Assembly (NCBI RefSeq): GCF_001194135.2
Contig: NC_068987.1
Coordinates: 56,395,900 to 56,431,531 of the forward strand
DNA length: 35,632 nt
Reading direction: 5' to 3'
From: Octopus bimaculoides
Lineage: Eukaryota
In this document: positions 1-10,633 of the stretch, piece after piece
How positions within the stretch are numbered: the first letter of the stretch is position 1
Layout of the letters: each line of letters opens with the position of its first letter
Program-made: the position numbers and the translations under genes
Notes under the pieces: model-generated
What the model was told of the DNA's origin: nothing
Database searches by the model: none
What the model saw: the letters and a program-made list of their open reading frames with translations, nothing else

Positions 1-1
1 C

Positions 2-232
2 CCTGTCAAAGGCTTTCTCCATGTCAACGAAAGCCAGGTACAGAGGTTTATCCTTAGCTAGGTATTTCTCTTGCAACTGTCTCACTAGAAATAAGGCATC
101 AGTAGTGCTTTTACCTGGCACGAACCCAAACTGCATCTCATCTAAATTGATTCGCTCCCTAATTAGTTGGGCTATGACCCTCTCTGTAACTTTCATAACC
201 TGATCTAACAGCTTGATGCCTCTGTAATTATT

Positions 233-235
<3 letters not shown>
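2..235 (-). mobile_element. RTE-clade non-LTR retrotransposon, reverse transcriptase segment (5'-truncated; continues beyond window start)
   Basis: Manual translation of the minus strand gives 78 stop-free codons: TNNYRGIKLLDQVMKVTERVIAQLIRERINLDEMQFGFVPGKSTTDALFLVRQLQEKYLAKDKPLYLAFVDMEKAFDR. It carries the NYRGI, QFGF..G.STTDA and FVD.EKAFDR motifs of non-LTR RT, with RTE-like wording. The 5' end abuts (TA)n. Confidence 0.93.

Positions 236-267
<32 letters not shown>
235..267. repeat. (TA)n microsatellite
   Basis: Direct reading. Confidence 0.97.
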
Positions 268-270
<3 letters not shown>

Positions 271-878
271 ACACTATTTGGCATTACTTCTATTAGCGTC
301 AAGTTAAAATGCCATCAGGAGTTGATTTTGCTGTCTTTCATCTGCTACTGGCAATGGCGGTGTAGTGGAGGTGATTGTGAAGGATGTGTCCTTTGTAATG
401 AAACAACTACGAGTAACAACATTGGAATGAATTCAAGCGGTTAGAATTCCCCAACCTATTTGAAAATCATTATTATATTAATCGATGAGCTATTTATGTC
501 ACATGTGACATAAACATACATACAAAGCAGTAATGACGTAAATGTAAACTGACTGAGGTCATCAGATAATCATGCTGTGCAACTGTAGTAACAAAGTTAT
601 AATAGGCCACTAAATCATTTAAAAGCATGAGCAGGAAGTTTTGAAATAAAAAAGATAGGAGGAATATTTTAATTTTCTAACAGAACTTTAGACACGCCTG
701 CATTGTCCCTGAGTGGAACACCTTAAATTTAGGTGACTGACTAAATAATCAAAGGTACTTTAAGGTGAATAAGAAAGGTGGATGATAAACTATGTGAAGA
801 ATGTCACCTGTATCTAAGAGGAGTGGAAGCAGAGGGGAGAAGAAAGCTACAGAATGGCTTATATAAATATTATGTAAT

Positions 879-880
<2 letters not shown>

Positions 881-942
<62 letters not shown>
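881..942. repeat. (TG)n microsatellite running into a gap
   Basis: Direct reading. Confidence 0.97.
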
Positions 943-1225
943 NNNNNNNNNNNNNNNNNNNNNNNNNNNNNNNNNNNNNNNNNNNNNNNNNNNNNNNNNN
1001 NNNNNNNNNNNNNNNNNNNNNNNNNNNNNNNNNNNNNNNNNNNNNNNNNNNNNNNNNNNNNNNNNNNNNNNNNNNNNNNNNNNNNNNNNNNNNNNNNNNN
1101 NNNNNNNNNNNNNNNNNNNNNNNNNNNNNNNNNNNNNNNNNNNNNNNNNNNNNNNNNNNNNNNNNNNNNNNNNNNNNNNNNNNNNNNNNNNNNNNNNNNN
1201 NNNNNNNNNNNNNNNNNNNNNNNNN
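943..1225. other. Assembly gap (283 N)
   Basis: Run of N. Confidence 0.99.
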
Positions 1226-1350
1226 AGGAACTAAAACAGGGTTTTAATTTTAGTGAAATACAGCAGCAAAATACAAGATTTGTTGCAACAAATCAAGAAT
1301 CTTACAAACCAAATACAAAAGGCAAAATTTATCAGATAGTCTTCATCAAT

Positions 1351-1651
1351 CAGTGTTATTCAAAGTGGTGGTCCATGGACTGGTGCCAGTCCATGAGCCA
1401 TCAGCTGCAGGTACGTGGTGAGTTTCCAGAAAAGAAAGAAACATTATAAAATGCATATGTAATATTGTATTATTTGTTTACAAAATAAATATAAGATAAA
1501 AAAAAATTGTCAACTTTTATTATATTCATTATATATATTGTTTCCAGTATAATTATTTCTAAGAAATATTACCAGTCCTTAGAACATTGTGGGAGGCAAA
1601 AAAAAAAAAAAAACTGCCGGTATGCCACATCAAATAGTTTGAGAAGCACTG
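1351..1651. mobile_element. hAT (Charlie-like) non-autonomous element/MITE, about 300 bp
   Basis: Imperfect TIRs CAGTGTTATTCAAA ... TTTGAGAAGCACTG, with the CAGTG ends typical of Charlie-type hATs. The right flank GTCTACAG resembles the Charlie target; the left 8 bp do not match it, so the TSD is not confirmed. Confidence 0.7.
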
Positions 1652-1701
1652 GTCTACAGTGACACAGTCCCTCACCTTCCGACCTAAATTTACATTTACA
1701 G

Positions 1702-1753
1702 AATGGAAGAGAAAAGAAGATTACAGGAGAGATAGACTTGACTATTTCAAAAC
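1702..1753 (+). CDS. Candidate internal exon of an unidentified host gene (52 bp)
   Basis: Flanked by ctaaatttacatttacAG and GTAAGT; purine/GAA-rich body. Two open frames: NGREKKITGEIDLTISK or xWKRKEDYRRDRLDYFK. No protein recognised. Confidence 0.35.
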
Positions 1754-1859
1754 GTAAGTGTAGAAAGCCAGTCTTATGTATTATAGTCTTTGCTATATTG
1801 CATATGTCTGTTAGCCAAATGAGAGATTCAGTGATGGCCAGGTCTAGCATTTGTTATGA

Positions 1860-2225
1860 CTCTGAAGTTTCTAGTAGCATGTTGTTCATGTTTAAGGGTG
1901 ACAATGTTTTGTTCATATGTAGTGACTGAATCTCTGTGTGGTAAATTGAGGTAAAAATTGGTCTGAGAGTATTTTTGAGGTCTCTATCTATGGAGGCAGT
2001 GTAGGTTTGTCACAGGGTGTCGACAATGAATGTGGATGATGCTTAAAAGGGAAAGCTAGAAAGGAATGAAGTGGCGATATCATCTACATAAGAGTGAATA
2101 TTGTTGGTAATGGCATGTAGGACAGTGATGCATACAAGGAAGAGTTTTGAGGATAACTAAACTTTGGGGCACACCAGAACTGAAAAACTGTGGTTCAAAG
2201 AGAGCACCATCAATTCATGATATCT
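1860..2225 (-). pseudogene. Decayed CR1/L2/Jockey-group LINE reverse transcriptase fragment
   Basis: Minus-strand frames give DGALFEPQFFSSGVPQ (GVPQ at 2175-2164), then after a frameshift ITNNIHSYVDD (YVDD at 2090-2079), then SIDRDLKNTLR and NIVTLK. Motif order and spacing match non-LTR RT. Confidence 0.75.
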
Positions 2226-3103
2226 AAGGATGGTAAATTCATTGCTGTAAACAGTGGCAGCAATGTAAAATTGATGAGTGTGTAACTGGTTTATATTATC
2301 AACTCAGTTTCTCTGGGAGAATTTTAACAAAATTTCTGTGTTTAGATAAAACTTCATTTCAGTGGAAGATTTATCTCCCACCTGTTCAGTGCTAAACAAA
2401 TACTAGTCATATAGATCCTCATGATTCATTAAGGATTAACCAAATAAAAATGCTATTGACATGTATTGGGAGTAGCGGTGGATTTGAAGAGATTAAATAG
2501 AAAAGCAGGAGAAAGGGATTTTAAAAGATTCTATAGGATCTTGTTTCATATAAGCTGGCAGAAGCAGTGAACACAGCTATCTTCTTTCTTTAATTTATAT
2601 CCAATTTACAATAAGATGGAGTCTAATATACTAAAGCATGTCCAATGAGATAACTTCTGTGTTTAGTCTATATAAGGCAACATATAAGCTACTAAACAAT
2701 AAGCATTCATAAACAACATAGTTAAAATGTAACTTGCATCTTTTTCTATAAGCAAAGATTCTAATGTGTGACTCAGTTCCTTTCATCCTACACATATAGC
2801 TGGTGTTAATCTTCTGGAAAGACTTTATATAAAATATAGAATGCAGCCACCTTCCTACACATTTAATATGAAGTTTGGAGAATTGAGAGAGGATTTTTGT
2901 CAATTTTTATGAGTTAGCCATGAGAGGAGGAGCAGGGCACATAATTTTTGCAGGCCCTGCTTGAACTAACAAGATCAGTGTAGCTGGAGCCAAACCAAAC
3001 AGCTGTAGGATAAGTGGGGTAGCATTTTGTCTGGAAGAGTCAACTTCTCTAAACTATCATCAACATTTCAAATATAATTTTAAAAGAAAAGCCAATCCCT
3101 ATA

Positions 3104-3517
3104 TCATTTGTCATTTTAATGACCCTTTTACTATGCTGGCATGGCTCAGAGGAAACTTACTGGAGCAGCTTTTCTACAGCCAGCTGCATTTCTTATCAAA
3201 CCTAACCTGTTTCCAAGTAAGGTATTGTTTCTTCTAGCCCTTCAAATGAACAAGTCACTAACTAAACATGTTTTCATTGAAGATGGTAAATAATGGCACC
3301 ATTTGTATGGACAGTAATCTTGTTTTTATGCAGTGGGCAAACAACATCAAGACAAGAAGAAATATACACACACACAAAATGATTCTGATCTGTATAGCAA
3401 TTCCACTCCCAAGGCATTGATCAGTCTAAGACCATAGTAGAAGACACCTACCTGCAATGTCATGCAGTAAAAACATTAAACCACAAGATGCAAACTTCTT
3501 AACCACAGGGCCTTGCC
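3104..3517 (-). mobile_element. SINE, head A + microsatellite + tail C (RTE-like 3' end), old full-length copy
   Basis: Reverse complement shows a decayed head (matches 23032-22915), short (TG)n, then AATACCTTACTTGGAAACAGG...GCCATGCCAGCAT...TTAAAATGA, matching 8520-8656. Confidence 0.65.
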
Positions 3518-3521
3518 TAAA

Positions 3522-3651
3522 CAGTGTTAGGAAGGGCATGCAGCCACAGAAAACAGGCCTAAGTAAACACAGCAGCCCTTCAACCTGTCAGTTCTTGTCA
3601 AACCATTCAATGTATGCCAGCATGCATGAAAGACGAATGTTAAATGATGAT
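3522..3651 (+). mobile_element. RTE-like 3'-UTR fragment ending in (TGA)n
   Basis: TTAGGAAGGGCATGCAGCC ... ATGCCAGCATG ... GTTAAATGATGAT; homologous to 3835-4019. Confidence 0.65.
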
Positions 3652-3834
3652 AGACATACAGACACGCACAAAGAACATTCTCTTCCAGATTTATATAAAA
3701 GGCATAAAATTTTCTGTAAAACATATCTGATGAGTCTTGGAAATGAACAAGATGAAAGTGATAATATTTATCCAATATTCTGACTACCTCCTTTTTCTTA
3801 ATATATAAAATCTGTGCACGTATGTATGTATGTC

Positions 3835-4019
3835 GTGCCGGTGGCATGTAAATGCACCCACTACACTCTCGGAGTGGTTGGCGTTAGGAAGGGCATCCAG
3901 CTGTAGAAATTCTGCCAAATCAGATTGGAGCCTGGTGTCGCCTCCTGGTCCACCAGTCATCAGTCAAATCGTCCAACCCATGCTAGCATGGAAAGTGGAC
4001 GTTAGATGATGATGATGAT
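3835..4019 (+). mobile_element. RTE-like 3'-UTR fragment, relatively young
   Basis: GTGGTTGGCGTTAGGAAGGGCATCCAGCTGTAGAAA ... CCCATGCTAGCATGGAAAGTGGACGTTAGATGATGATGATGAT, with CpGs retained. Assignment to the RTE 3' end is from recall of similar tails. Confidence 0.75.
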
Positions 4020-4039
4020 ATATATAGTTTGAAGTGGTG

Positions 4040-4185
4040 TACAAACTAGAGTCCACCAAATTTTAGTCACAAGACTTTGGTTGACCTGAGGGTATAGTAG
4101 TAGATACTTACCCAAGGTGCTGTTCAGTGGACTCAAATCAGATGCCATGTAGTTGCAAAGTAATATCAACCATACAGCCATGCCT
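4040..4185 (-). mobile_element. SINE head A fragment (old)
   Basis: CACAAGACTTTGGTTGACCTGAGGGTATAGTAGTAGATACTTACCCAAGGTG matches the head A of other copies. Confidence 0.75.
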
Positions 4186-4747
4186 ATATATGTATAATTT
4201 CCAACATAACCACAAGACCATGCCTTATGTGGGAGGGAAGAGTTAATGAAATCAATTCTAGTAATTATTTCAATTGGATCAATCACAGTAGCCTTTGAAC
4301 TGAGAGGTGAAGAGATTCAAAAGGTTTCATAAAATCTATCAAGATCCTCAGAATGAAGCACCATATTTATTTTAAAATGTGTTGAGACAGCAGCTCATGT
4401 TGTAAATTAAGACTTATTTCAATTTAAAACAAACTTACAGACTTCCAAACACTACATAATTTTTATAAAAGTATTAGTAAGGCATCAAGAATTAGGTCGT
4501 AGACTAGATTTAATTAAAATACTCACCACAAAAATAATTAACAGAATTGGAGACAAAATTAGCTAGGAGAATAAATGAAAGCTACATATATTGACCAAAG
4601 GCAATTAATTAGTTGACATGCCAAGTTACTGAAAGAATAACAAAGATCCAATTGTTCCAAAGCAGTACCATAAATTAGAAAAGTAACTCCTCAACCACTC
4701 TCTCTTTTTAGTATATTGAGATGAGAAGTGGAGAGTGGGACTAGCTT

Positions 4748-5018
4748 TTCTTCATATTTTACTTGTTTCAGTCATTAGATTGCAACCATACTGGGGCACT
4801 GCCTTGAAAATCTTTTAGTCAAATGAATCAACCCCAGTACTTTTTTTTTTTTGTTAAGCTTCATACCTATTCTATCAATCACTTTTGCTGAACTGCTAAG
4901 TTACAGGGATGTAAGCACACAAACACTGGTTGTGAAGCAGTGGTGGTGGGGACCAGACACTAAGACATGCACNNNNNNNNNNNNNNNNNNNNNNNNNNNN
5001 NNNNNNNNNNNNNNNNNN

Positions 5019-5056
<38 letters not shown>

Positions 5057-5217
5057 CATTAGACATCTTTCAGTTTCTGCCTACTGAATCCACTCACAAG
5101 GCTTTGGTCAGCTAGAGGCTATGAGAGAAGACACTTGCCCAAGGTGACATGTAGTGGGACTGAATCCAAAACCATGTGGTTGGGAAGCAAGCTTCTTACC
5201 ACACAGCTATGCCTGCC
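4748..5217 (-). mobile_element. SINE A+B, full-length, with a 46-N gap (4973-5018) inside its internal microsatellite
   Basis: Tail B (TTTTACTTGTTTCAGTCATTAGA...) at 4748-4972, then N/(AT)n, then head A (TCAGTTTCTGCCTAC...GAAGACACTTGCCCAAGGTG...CTTACCACACAGC) at 5055-5217. Confidence 0.9.
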
Positions 5218-5479
5218 ATGTCGAATCAGGTAGAGGAGACTTGTGAGAGTGAAGTAGACAATGCTTGGTCTGGCCATCTGAAGATCAATTTCTTTAAGGG
5301 AAAAAAAAATAGGCAAAGAGGCAACAGAGTGAGAAAACCTGGCTGGGCGACATCTGCTAAAGGCACCCAAGTAGCTAGTGGTATTGTTTAACAAGGCAAC
5401 AAGTATCAAGATGACCACACAAGAGGGCAACAATAAAATTGATCAAAGAGAAAAACTCATTGATAGTTGTGAAACCTAC

Positions 5480-5642
5480 AAGAAATAGCAACCAGATTTC
5501 CCCTTAAATCACACCTTACCATTTAAGAAAAAGTAGGACACTGGATAATGTAGTCCTGGATATACTATGTCAGAATTTCATGGTCACAAATAGAAACAAA
5601 TCATCAGTTTGCTTGATCAGTGCTGATCTGGGTTAAACAATA
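5480..5642 (+). repeat. Unclassified interspersed repeat family D, copy 1
   Basis: AGAAATAGCAACCAGATTTCCCC...GGACACTGGATAATGTAGTCC...TTGATCAGTGCTGATCTGGGTTAAACAA; homologous to 10634-11017 and 18722-18922. Confidence 0.7.
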
Positions 5643-5754
5643 CAGAGTCAAAACCAGAATTGTATATAAGCTTCTGCACTATTTCATGATACTAAATGTA
5701 TAAAAATTTAAATGAAGAATTAATCAAGGGAGCCTCTATTCACCTGTTTGAGCA

Positions 5755-5920
5755 GCAACAAATAACAGTCAAATCTCTTTCAAATCACATCTTACTATCT
5801 TTAAAAAGAATGACAAATTAAATAATGCAGTCTACTACATACAATAAGTGAGAATAAGGCAGAATGGTCCCTACTGGAACATTTTTGACTACAGAGCAGA
5901 TCTAGGGCCGTATAACAACA
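5755..5920 (+). repeat. Family D, copy 2 (head-to-tail after copy 1)
   Basis: AAATAACAGTCAAATCTCTTTCAAATCACATC...GCAGATCTAGGGCCGTATAACAACA. Confidence 0.6.
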
Positions 5921-6620
5921 CAGAGGGATTAGATACATGTTCTATGAATAGTTTGGTAAAACCTTTTTGATAGTACTTATAGTCTATGATGAATGAGGAA
6001 GGTGTATGAATAAAGTGTCAGGAAAGAAATACAGTGGCGGAGGTAATGGTGGTGGTTCAGGTACACAATAAGGCAGTGGTGACAGTAGATATGTTATAAT
6101 AGTAGGAGTTTGTGAATGTTGGCTGGGAATGAATAGTTAGTTAGACCACCCATGTGTAAATAAGTAAGCTATGAAAAACAGAACAATGTGTATGTGTGGA
6201 GGGAGGAGGGATAGAACTATTACCTTTGGTTCACTCAGTGGAGTGTGAGGTGGTGGAAGGAGGAGGACAAAACTAGCAGAGTGCCACAAGAGTATAACTA
6301 ACTACCTCTATAGGATCAATTAATGACTAATGTAAACATGTCACTAAAGAAATCAATACTAGAATTATAAAATACTTGTGTATGAGTGTGGGTGGTGTAT
6401 GTGTGTTGTGTATGAGAGTGAAAGTGCTCAGGTTTTGTAATTGTGTGAGCACATATATGCATGTGTTTTTGCACGCATGCATAAATGTGAGTATGAATAG
6501 TTGACAGAGTGGGTGAACGGTTAGTTGAGTGTAAGTCGATGAGGGAGTGAATAAGAGTAAGCGGGTGTTGATAGATAGCCGAGAGAATGAACAGGTGAGT
6601 GTGAGTATATGGCATTTTAG

Positions 6621-6831
6621 TCAGAGCTGGCAGAAACATTAGCACGCTGGGTGAAACGCTTAGCAGTATTTCGTCTGTCTATGTTCTGAGTTCAAATTCC
6701 ATTGAGGTCGACTTTGTCTTTCATCCTTTCCGGGTCGATAAATTAAGTACCAGTTGCATACTGTGGTTGATCTAATCAACTGGCCCCCCCTCCCCCAAAA
6801 TTTTGGGCCTTGTGCCTAGACTAGAAAAGAA
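6621..6831 (+). mobile_element. SINE family E (central GTCGAC...TTTCATCCTTTCCGGGTCGATAAA...AGTACC motif)
   Basis: Homologous copies at 7775-7990, 26750-26972 and 34795-34995. The central motif resembles conserved central domains of animal SINE superfamilies; exact superfamily not verified. Confidence 0.75.
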
Positions 6832-7137
6832 TATAAATATCTAGCTTATTGAGCTTTTGTGAGTGGAAACACCCAGTTCATTGCCATAAGAGCTATTTAT
6901 TTAGAGCAGATATAAGGAAATAGTTGTAGCAAAATGGTAGTGGTGTCAGCAGTTGACTATTTCCCTGGTCTTATACATCAAGATATACTGTATACTGCAA
7001 CAGTGACCCTAACCACTGGGCCAAGGATCAGTATCAGGTTTTAGATCATTTTGAACTGGGCAGCAAGGAAAGAATATATTTCAAAACTTTATGTCTTTGC
7101 ATTATATATGTATTAGGTAAGTAAATATACATAGGTG

Positions 7138-7200
7138 ATGACAAGTGACCTAGACTTCTGGCAATTTGCTGTGCTTGAGAAGACATGACAAGCTAAGTGA
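7138..7200 (+). pseudogene. RTE-like ORF2 extreme C-terminus remnant
   Basis: MTSDLDFWQFAVLEKT*QAK*, resembling the D..W...V end of RTE ORF2; short. Confidence 0.45.
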
Positions 7201-7379
7201 AATCTTGGTTCTGGCTAGTGACACACAAAAGACACCTATTGTAAAGGAGATGCATGGCTACTCACCTCATACAGGAGTGGGTGAGAGTAATTGGGGTGGA
7301 GCTGGAAAAAGAGATAAAAGAATGGTAATAAGGTATCAGGGTGGTTCATCAAAGTAGAGACAAAAGAATGAGAGATTTT

Positions 7380-7431
<52 letters not shown>

Positions 7432-7774
7432 ATACACAAGGATGTGCTGAAGAATTCCAGACTTTGGGCAAAAGAAAATACAAGAGGATCAGTTAATTAT
7501 GATTTTATTCAACATATTCTCCTCTCGGATTCACACACTTATTGCAATGGTCCTTCAGTTTTTTCTAAGCCCTGCAAAAGAACTCGGAAGGATGGGCCTC
7601 CAATCAGGTCGTTTGCGATATCTTTAAAGCCAGGAACTTTGCAGCACCCCCTTGTGTGTGTGTGTGTAAACCATTAGAATACTCAAATACTTATAATTGA
7701 CTTGTACAGTGATCACTAATTTTCATAATTAGTTTGTTGAATGGGTGTACTACAATAACAATATCATTATTATA

Positions 7775-7990
7775 GAGAGCTAGCAAAATTGATAGAATGT
7801 CAGAAAAAGAAATGCCTTGTTACATTTTTTCCAGCCTTGTATGTTTCGGGATCAAATCCTATCAAGGATAACTTTGCCTTTCATTCTTTCAGTATTGATA
7901 AAATTAGCACCAGTTTAATACAAGGATCAATGTAGCCAACTTACCTCTTCTCCTGCTAAAATTGCTGGTCATAAGCCAAAATTTGAAATC
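7775..7990 (+). mobile_element. SINE family E, old copy, followed by (TAT)n/(TAG)n
   Basis: ACTTTGCCTTTCATTCTTTCAGTATTGATAAAATTAGCACCAGTT aligns to 6710-6755. Confidence 0.7.
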
Positions 7991-8024
7991 AATTGTTGTC
8001 GTTGATAGTATTATTATTATTATT

Positions 8025-8059
<35 letters not shown>

Positions 8060-8267
8060 AAAACAGATAACTTAGATTCTCTTCTACCATACCTATCAAT
8101 AATATTTGTTAATTCTTCTACAGGCCTTCTTTTAACTTTAGTTCAGAATATAAAATGAATTCTGGTGGAATAAGCTAGACAGTGCAAGTGAGAGGTGTCA
8201 ACTGCTTGACTATAGAAATATATAATAGAACTAAGGACTAAAATACTTGAAAATCCAGATTTGAATT

Positions 8268-8656
8268 TGTGATGTGTGAAGTTTGCTTCTCAACCACATG
8301 GTTCTGAGTTCAATTTTACTGCATGTGGACAAGTGTCTTCTATTATAGCCTTGGGCCAACCATATATATATGGTATGTGCATGAGAGTGTGAAAGTGAGC
8401 GAGTGAGAGAATGTATGTCTTTTTGCTTTGACATTGGGTGATAGTCGGAAAAGAAATGTCTCCATTATGCAAGTGGTGTTCCTTGTTTGCAATCTTCCAT
8501 GAAAAACATGTCTGGTCATGGGGAAATATTACCTTATTTGGAAACGGGTGAGGGTTGGCAACAAGAAAGGCATCTGACTGGAGAAAATCTGCCTCAACAA
8601 AATCCTGCCCAACCCATGTGAGTATGCAAAAGCAAATGTATAAACAATGATGATGA
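8268..8656 (+). mobile_element. SINE head A (to 8361) + microsatellite + tail C ending (TGA)n
   Basis: CCACATGGTTCTGAGTTCAA...CAAGTGTCTTCTATTATAGCCTTGGGCCAACC, then (AT)n/(GT)-rich, then GGGAAATATTACCTTATTTGGAAACGGGTGAGGGTTGGCAACAAGAAAGGCATC...CAATGATGATG. Confidence 0.7.
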
Positions 8657-8862
8657 AATTAGCAATCTCTTGACTGAAACTGAGGAACACAAGACTAAAT
8701 GTCATACAGCATTTAGTGCTATTTACGCAACAGACAAGATTCTGATATCAAATCTTACCAGGATAATAGAAAACAAAAGAATAAAAAATTTTTAAAAGCC
8801 TCGTGAGTGGATTTGGTAGACGGAAACTGAAAGAAACCCATTGTATGTATATATATATATAT

Positions 8863-9667
8863 NNNNNNNNNNNNNNNNNNNNNNNNNNNNNNNNNNNNNN
8901 NNNNNNNNNNNNNNNNNNNNNNNNNNNNNNNNNNNNNNNNNNNNNNNNNNNNNNNNNNNNNNNNNNNNNNNNNNNNNNNNNNNNNNNNNNNNNNNNNNNN
9001 NNNNNNNNNNNNNNNNNNNNNNNNNNNNNNNNNNNNNNNNNNNNNNNNNNNNNNNNNNNNNNNNNNNNNNNNNNNNNNNNNNNNNNNNNNNNNNNNNNNN
9101 NNNNNNNNNNNNNNNNNNNNNNNNNNNNNNNNNNNNNNNNNNNNNNNNNNNNNNNNNNNNNNNNNNNNNNNNNNNNNNNNNNNNNNNNNNNNNNNNNNNN
9201 NNNNNNNNNNNNNNNNNNNNNNNNNNNNNNNNNNNNNNNNNNNNNNNNNNNNNNNNNNNNNNNNNNNNNNNNNNNNNNNNNNNNNNNNNNNNNNNNNNNN
9301 NNNNNNNNNNNNNNNNNNNNNNNNNNNNNNNNNNNNNNNNNNNNNNNNNNNNNNNNNNNNNNNNNNNNNNNNNNNNNNNNNNNNNNNNNNNNNNNNNNNN
9401 NNNNNNNNNNNNNNNNNNNNNNNNNNNNNNNNNNNNNNNNNNNNNNNNNNNNNNNNNNNNNNNNNNNNNNNNNNNNNNNNNNNNNNNNNNNNNNNNNNNN
9501 NNNNNNNNNNNNNNNNNNNNNNNNNNNNNNNNNNNNNNNNNNNNNNNNNNNNNNNNNNNNNNNNNNNNNNNNNNNNNNNNNNNNNNNNNNNNNNNNNNNN
9601 NNNNNNNNNNNNNNNNNNNNNNNNNNNNNNNNNNNNNNNNNNNNNNNNNNNNNNNNNNNNNNNNNNN
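8863..9667. other. Assembly gap (805 N)
   Basis: Run of N. Confidence 0.99.
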
Positions 9668-10096
9668 GAACCAAGCTTTGAAGAAAAAAAAGACCCGCTT
9701 TAGTGAATTGAAAGGGAGTAATGTTTCACCAGGACAATGCGCAACCCCACACTGCAAAGATCACATCACAGAAGATCGAAGAGCTGCGATGGGAAAAAAT
9801 TCCTCATCCACCTTATTCTCTAGACCTTGCTCCTTCAGACTACTATTTGTTTTGTAGTTTACAGAATGATTTGGGGGACATAACTTTCGCAAGCCAGGAG
9901 GAGGTCGAAACTGACATTTCAGAGTTTTTTGCTTTGAAACCAAAAGAGTTTTACATTGATGGGATTAAAAAGCTTGTAAATAGATGGAAGGAAGTCATAG
10001 ATAATTAGAGAAAGTACATTGATGATTAAATTTCAATTAAATATAACATTTGATCACTTGTTTTCTTTATTCAAAATTCGGACAGAACTTATGGGA
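9668..10096 (+). mobile_element. Mariner (Tc1/mariner, DD34D) transposon, 3' third; transposase pseudogenised
   Basis: HQDNAQPH...HPPYSLDLAPSDYYLF with exactly 34 residues between the two catalytic Asp (counted). Upstream frame NQALKKK/RPALVN*KGV has a poly-A frameshift and a stop; a further stop at 10006-10008 precedes the likely native end (IDD*, 10027-10029). TIR-like TTCGGACAGAACTTATGGGA runs into (TA)n. Confidence 0.93.
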
Positions 10097-10633
10097 TATA
10101 TATATATATATATATATTTATTTATATGTCTTTGTGTTTGTCCCTCCCATTATCACTTGACAACTGATGATGTGTTTATATCTCTGCAAGTTAGTAGTTT
10201 GGCAAAAAAGACCAATAGGATAAGAACTACACTTATAAAGAATAAGTCCTGGGGTTGATTTCTTTGACCAAAACCCTTTAAGGTGGTGCTCCAGCATTGC
10301 CGCAGTCAAATGACTGAAACAAGAATATAAGAATACTATGGAATGAACTCAGAAATCTAACTGATCACTATGGCAATTCAATGGTAATACAAGTAATTAA
10401 AGGTGTGATAACAGGCTAAACATGATCTTTGGGCCTATGGCAGCTGGCATATACCTGCTCTGTTGGTTGCTCCTCCCACCTAGTTTTACTGGTGGTTGCC
10501 AACTGTGGACAGCTTTCAGACAAATCGTTGGTCACAGAACAGATACAGGACAGACTAACACATACAAGTTACTGTTAGAGTCCAATATGTCATTTGAACA
10601 GGAGTCAACTAGAGAGTATCTATAAGGATATTT

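Larger units (their letters stand above)
8795..10335 (+). mobile_element. SINE A+B split by a mariner insertion in its (TA)n
   Basis: 3' part of head A at 8795-8845 (AAAGCCTCGTGAGTGGATTTGGTAGACGGAAACTGAAAGAAACCC), (TA)n, gap, mariner, (TA)n, then complete tail B at 10125-10335 (TGTGTTTGTCCC...GGTGGTGCTCCAGCATTGCCGCAGTCAAATGACTGAAACAAG). Confidence 0.8.

Noticed and set aside
778-1449. Long ORFs of 116-223 aa spanning (TG)n and the gap
   Set aside because: Length comes from microsatellite and N read-through; no recognisable protein.
4527-4562. 36-nt minus-strand exon-like segment (LILSPILLIIFV) with AG/GTGAGT
   Set aside because: Short AT-rich segment easily open by chance; the neighbouring exon-like piece (4439-4503) has stops in all frames and would need a 23-nt intron.
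5990-6620. GT/GA-rich strand-biased stretch with a 109-aa minus-strand ORF
   Set aside because: Decayed microsatellite-like low complexity (HTH/THT repeats).
6957-7116. Open frame YTVYCNSDPNHWAKDQYQVLDHFELGSKERIYFK ending at GTAAGT
   Set aside because: No recognisable homology and no clear acceptor; includes AACCACTGGGCCA, which matches SINE head remnants.
8748-9857. ORFs of about 300 aa across the 805-N gap
   Set aside because: Artefacts of translating N; only the final NQALKKK belongs to the mariner.
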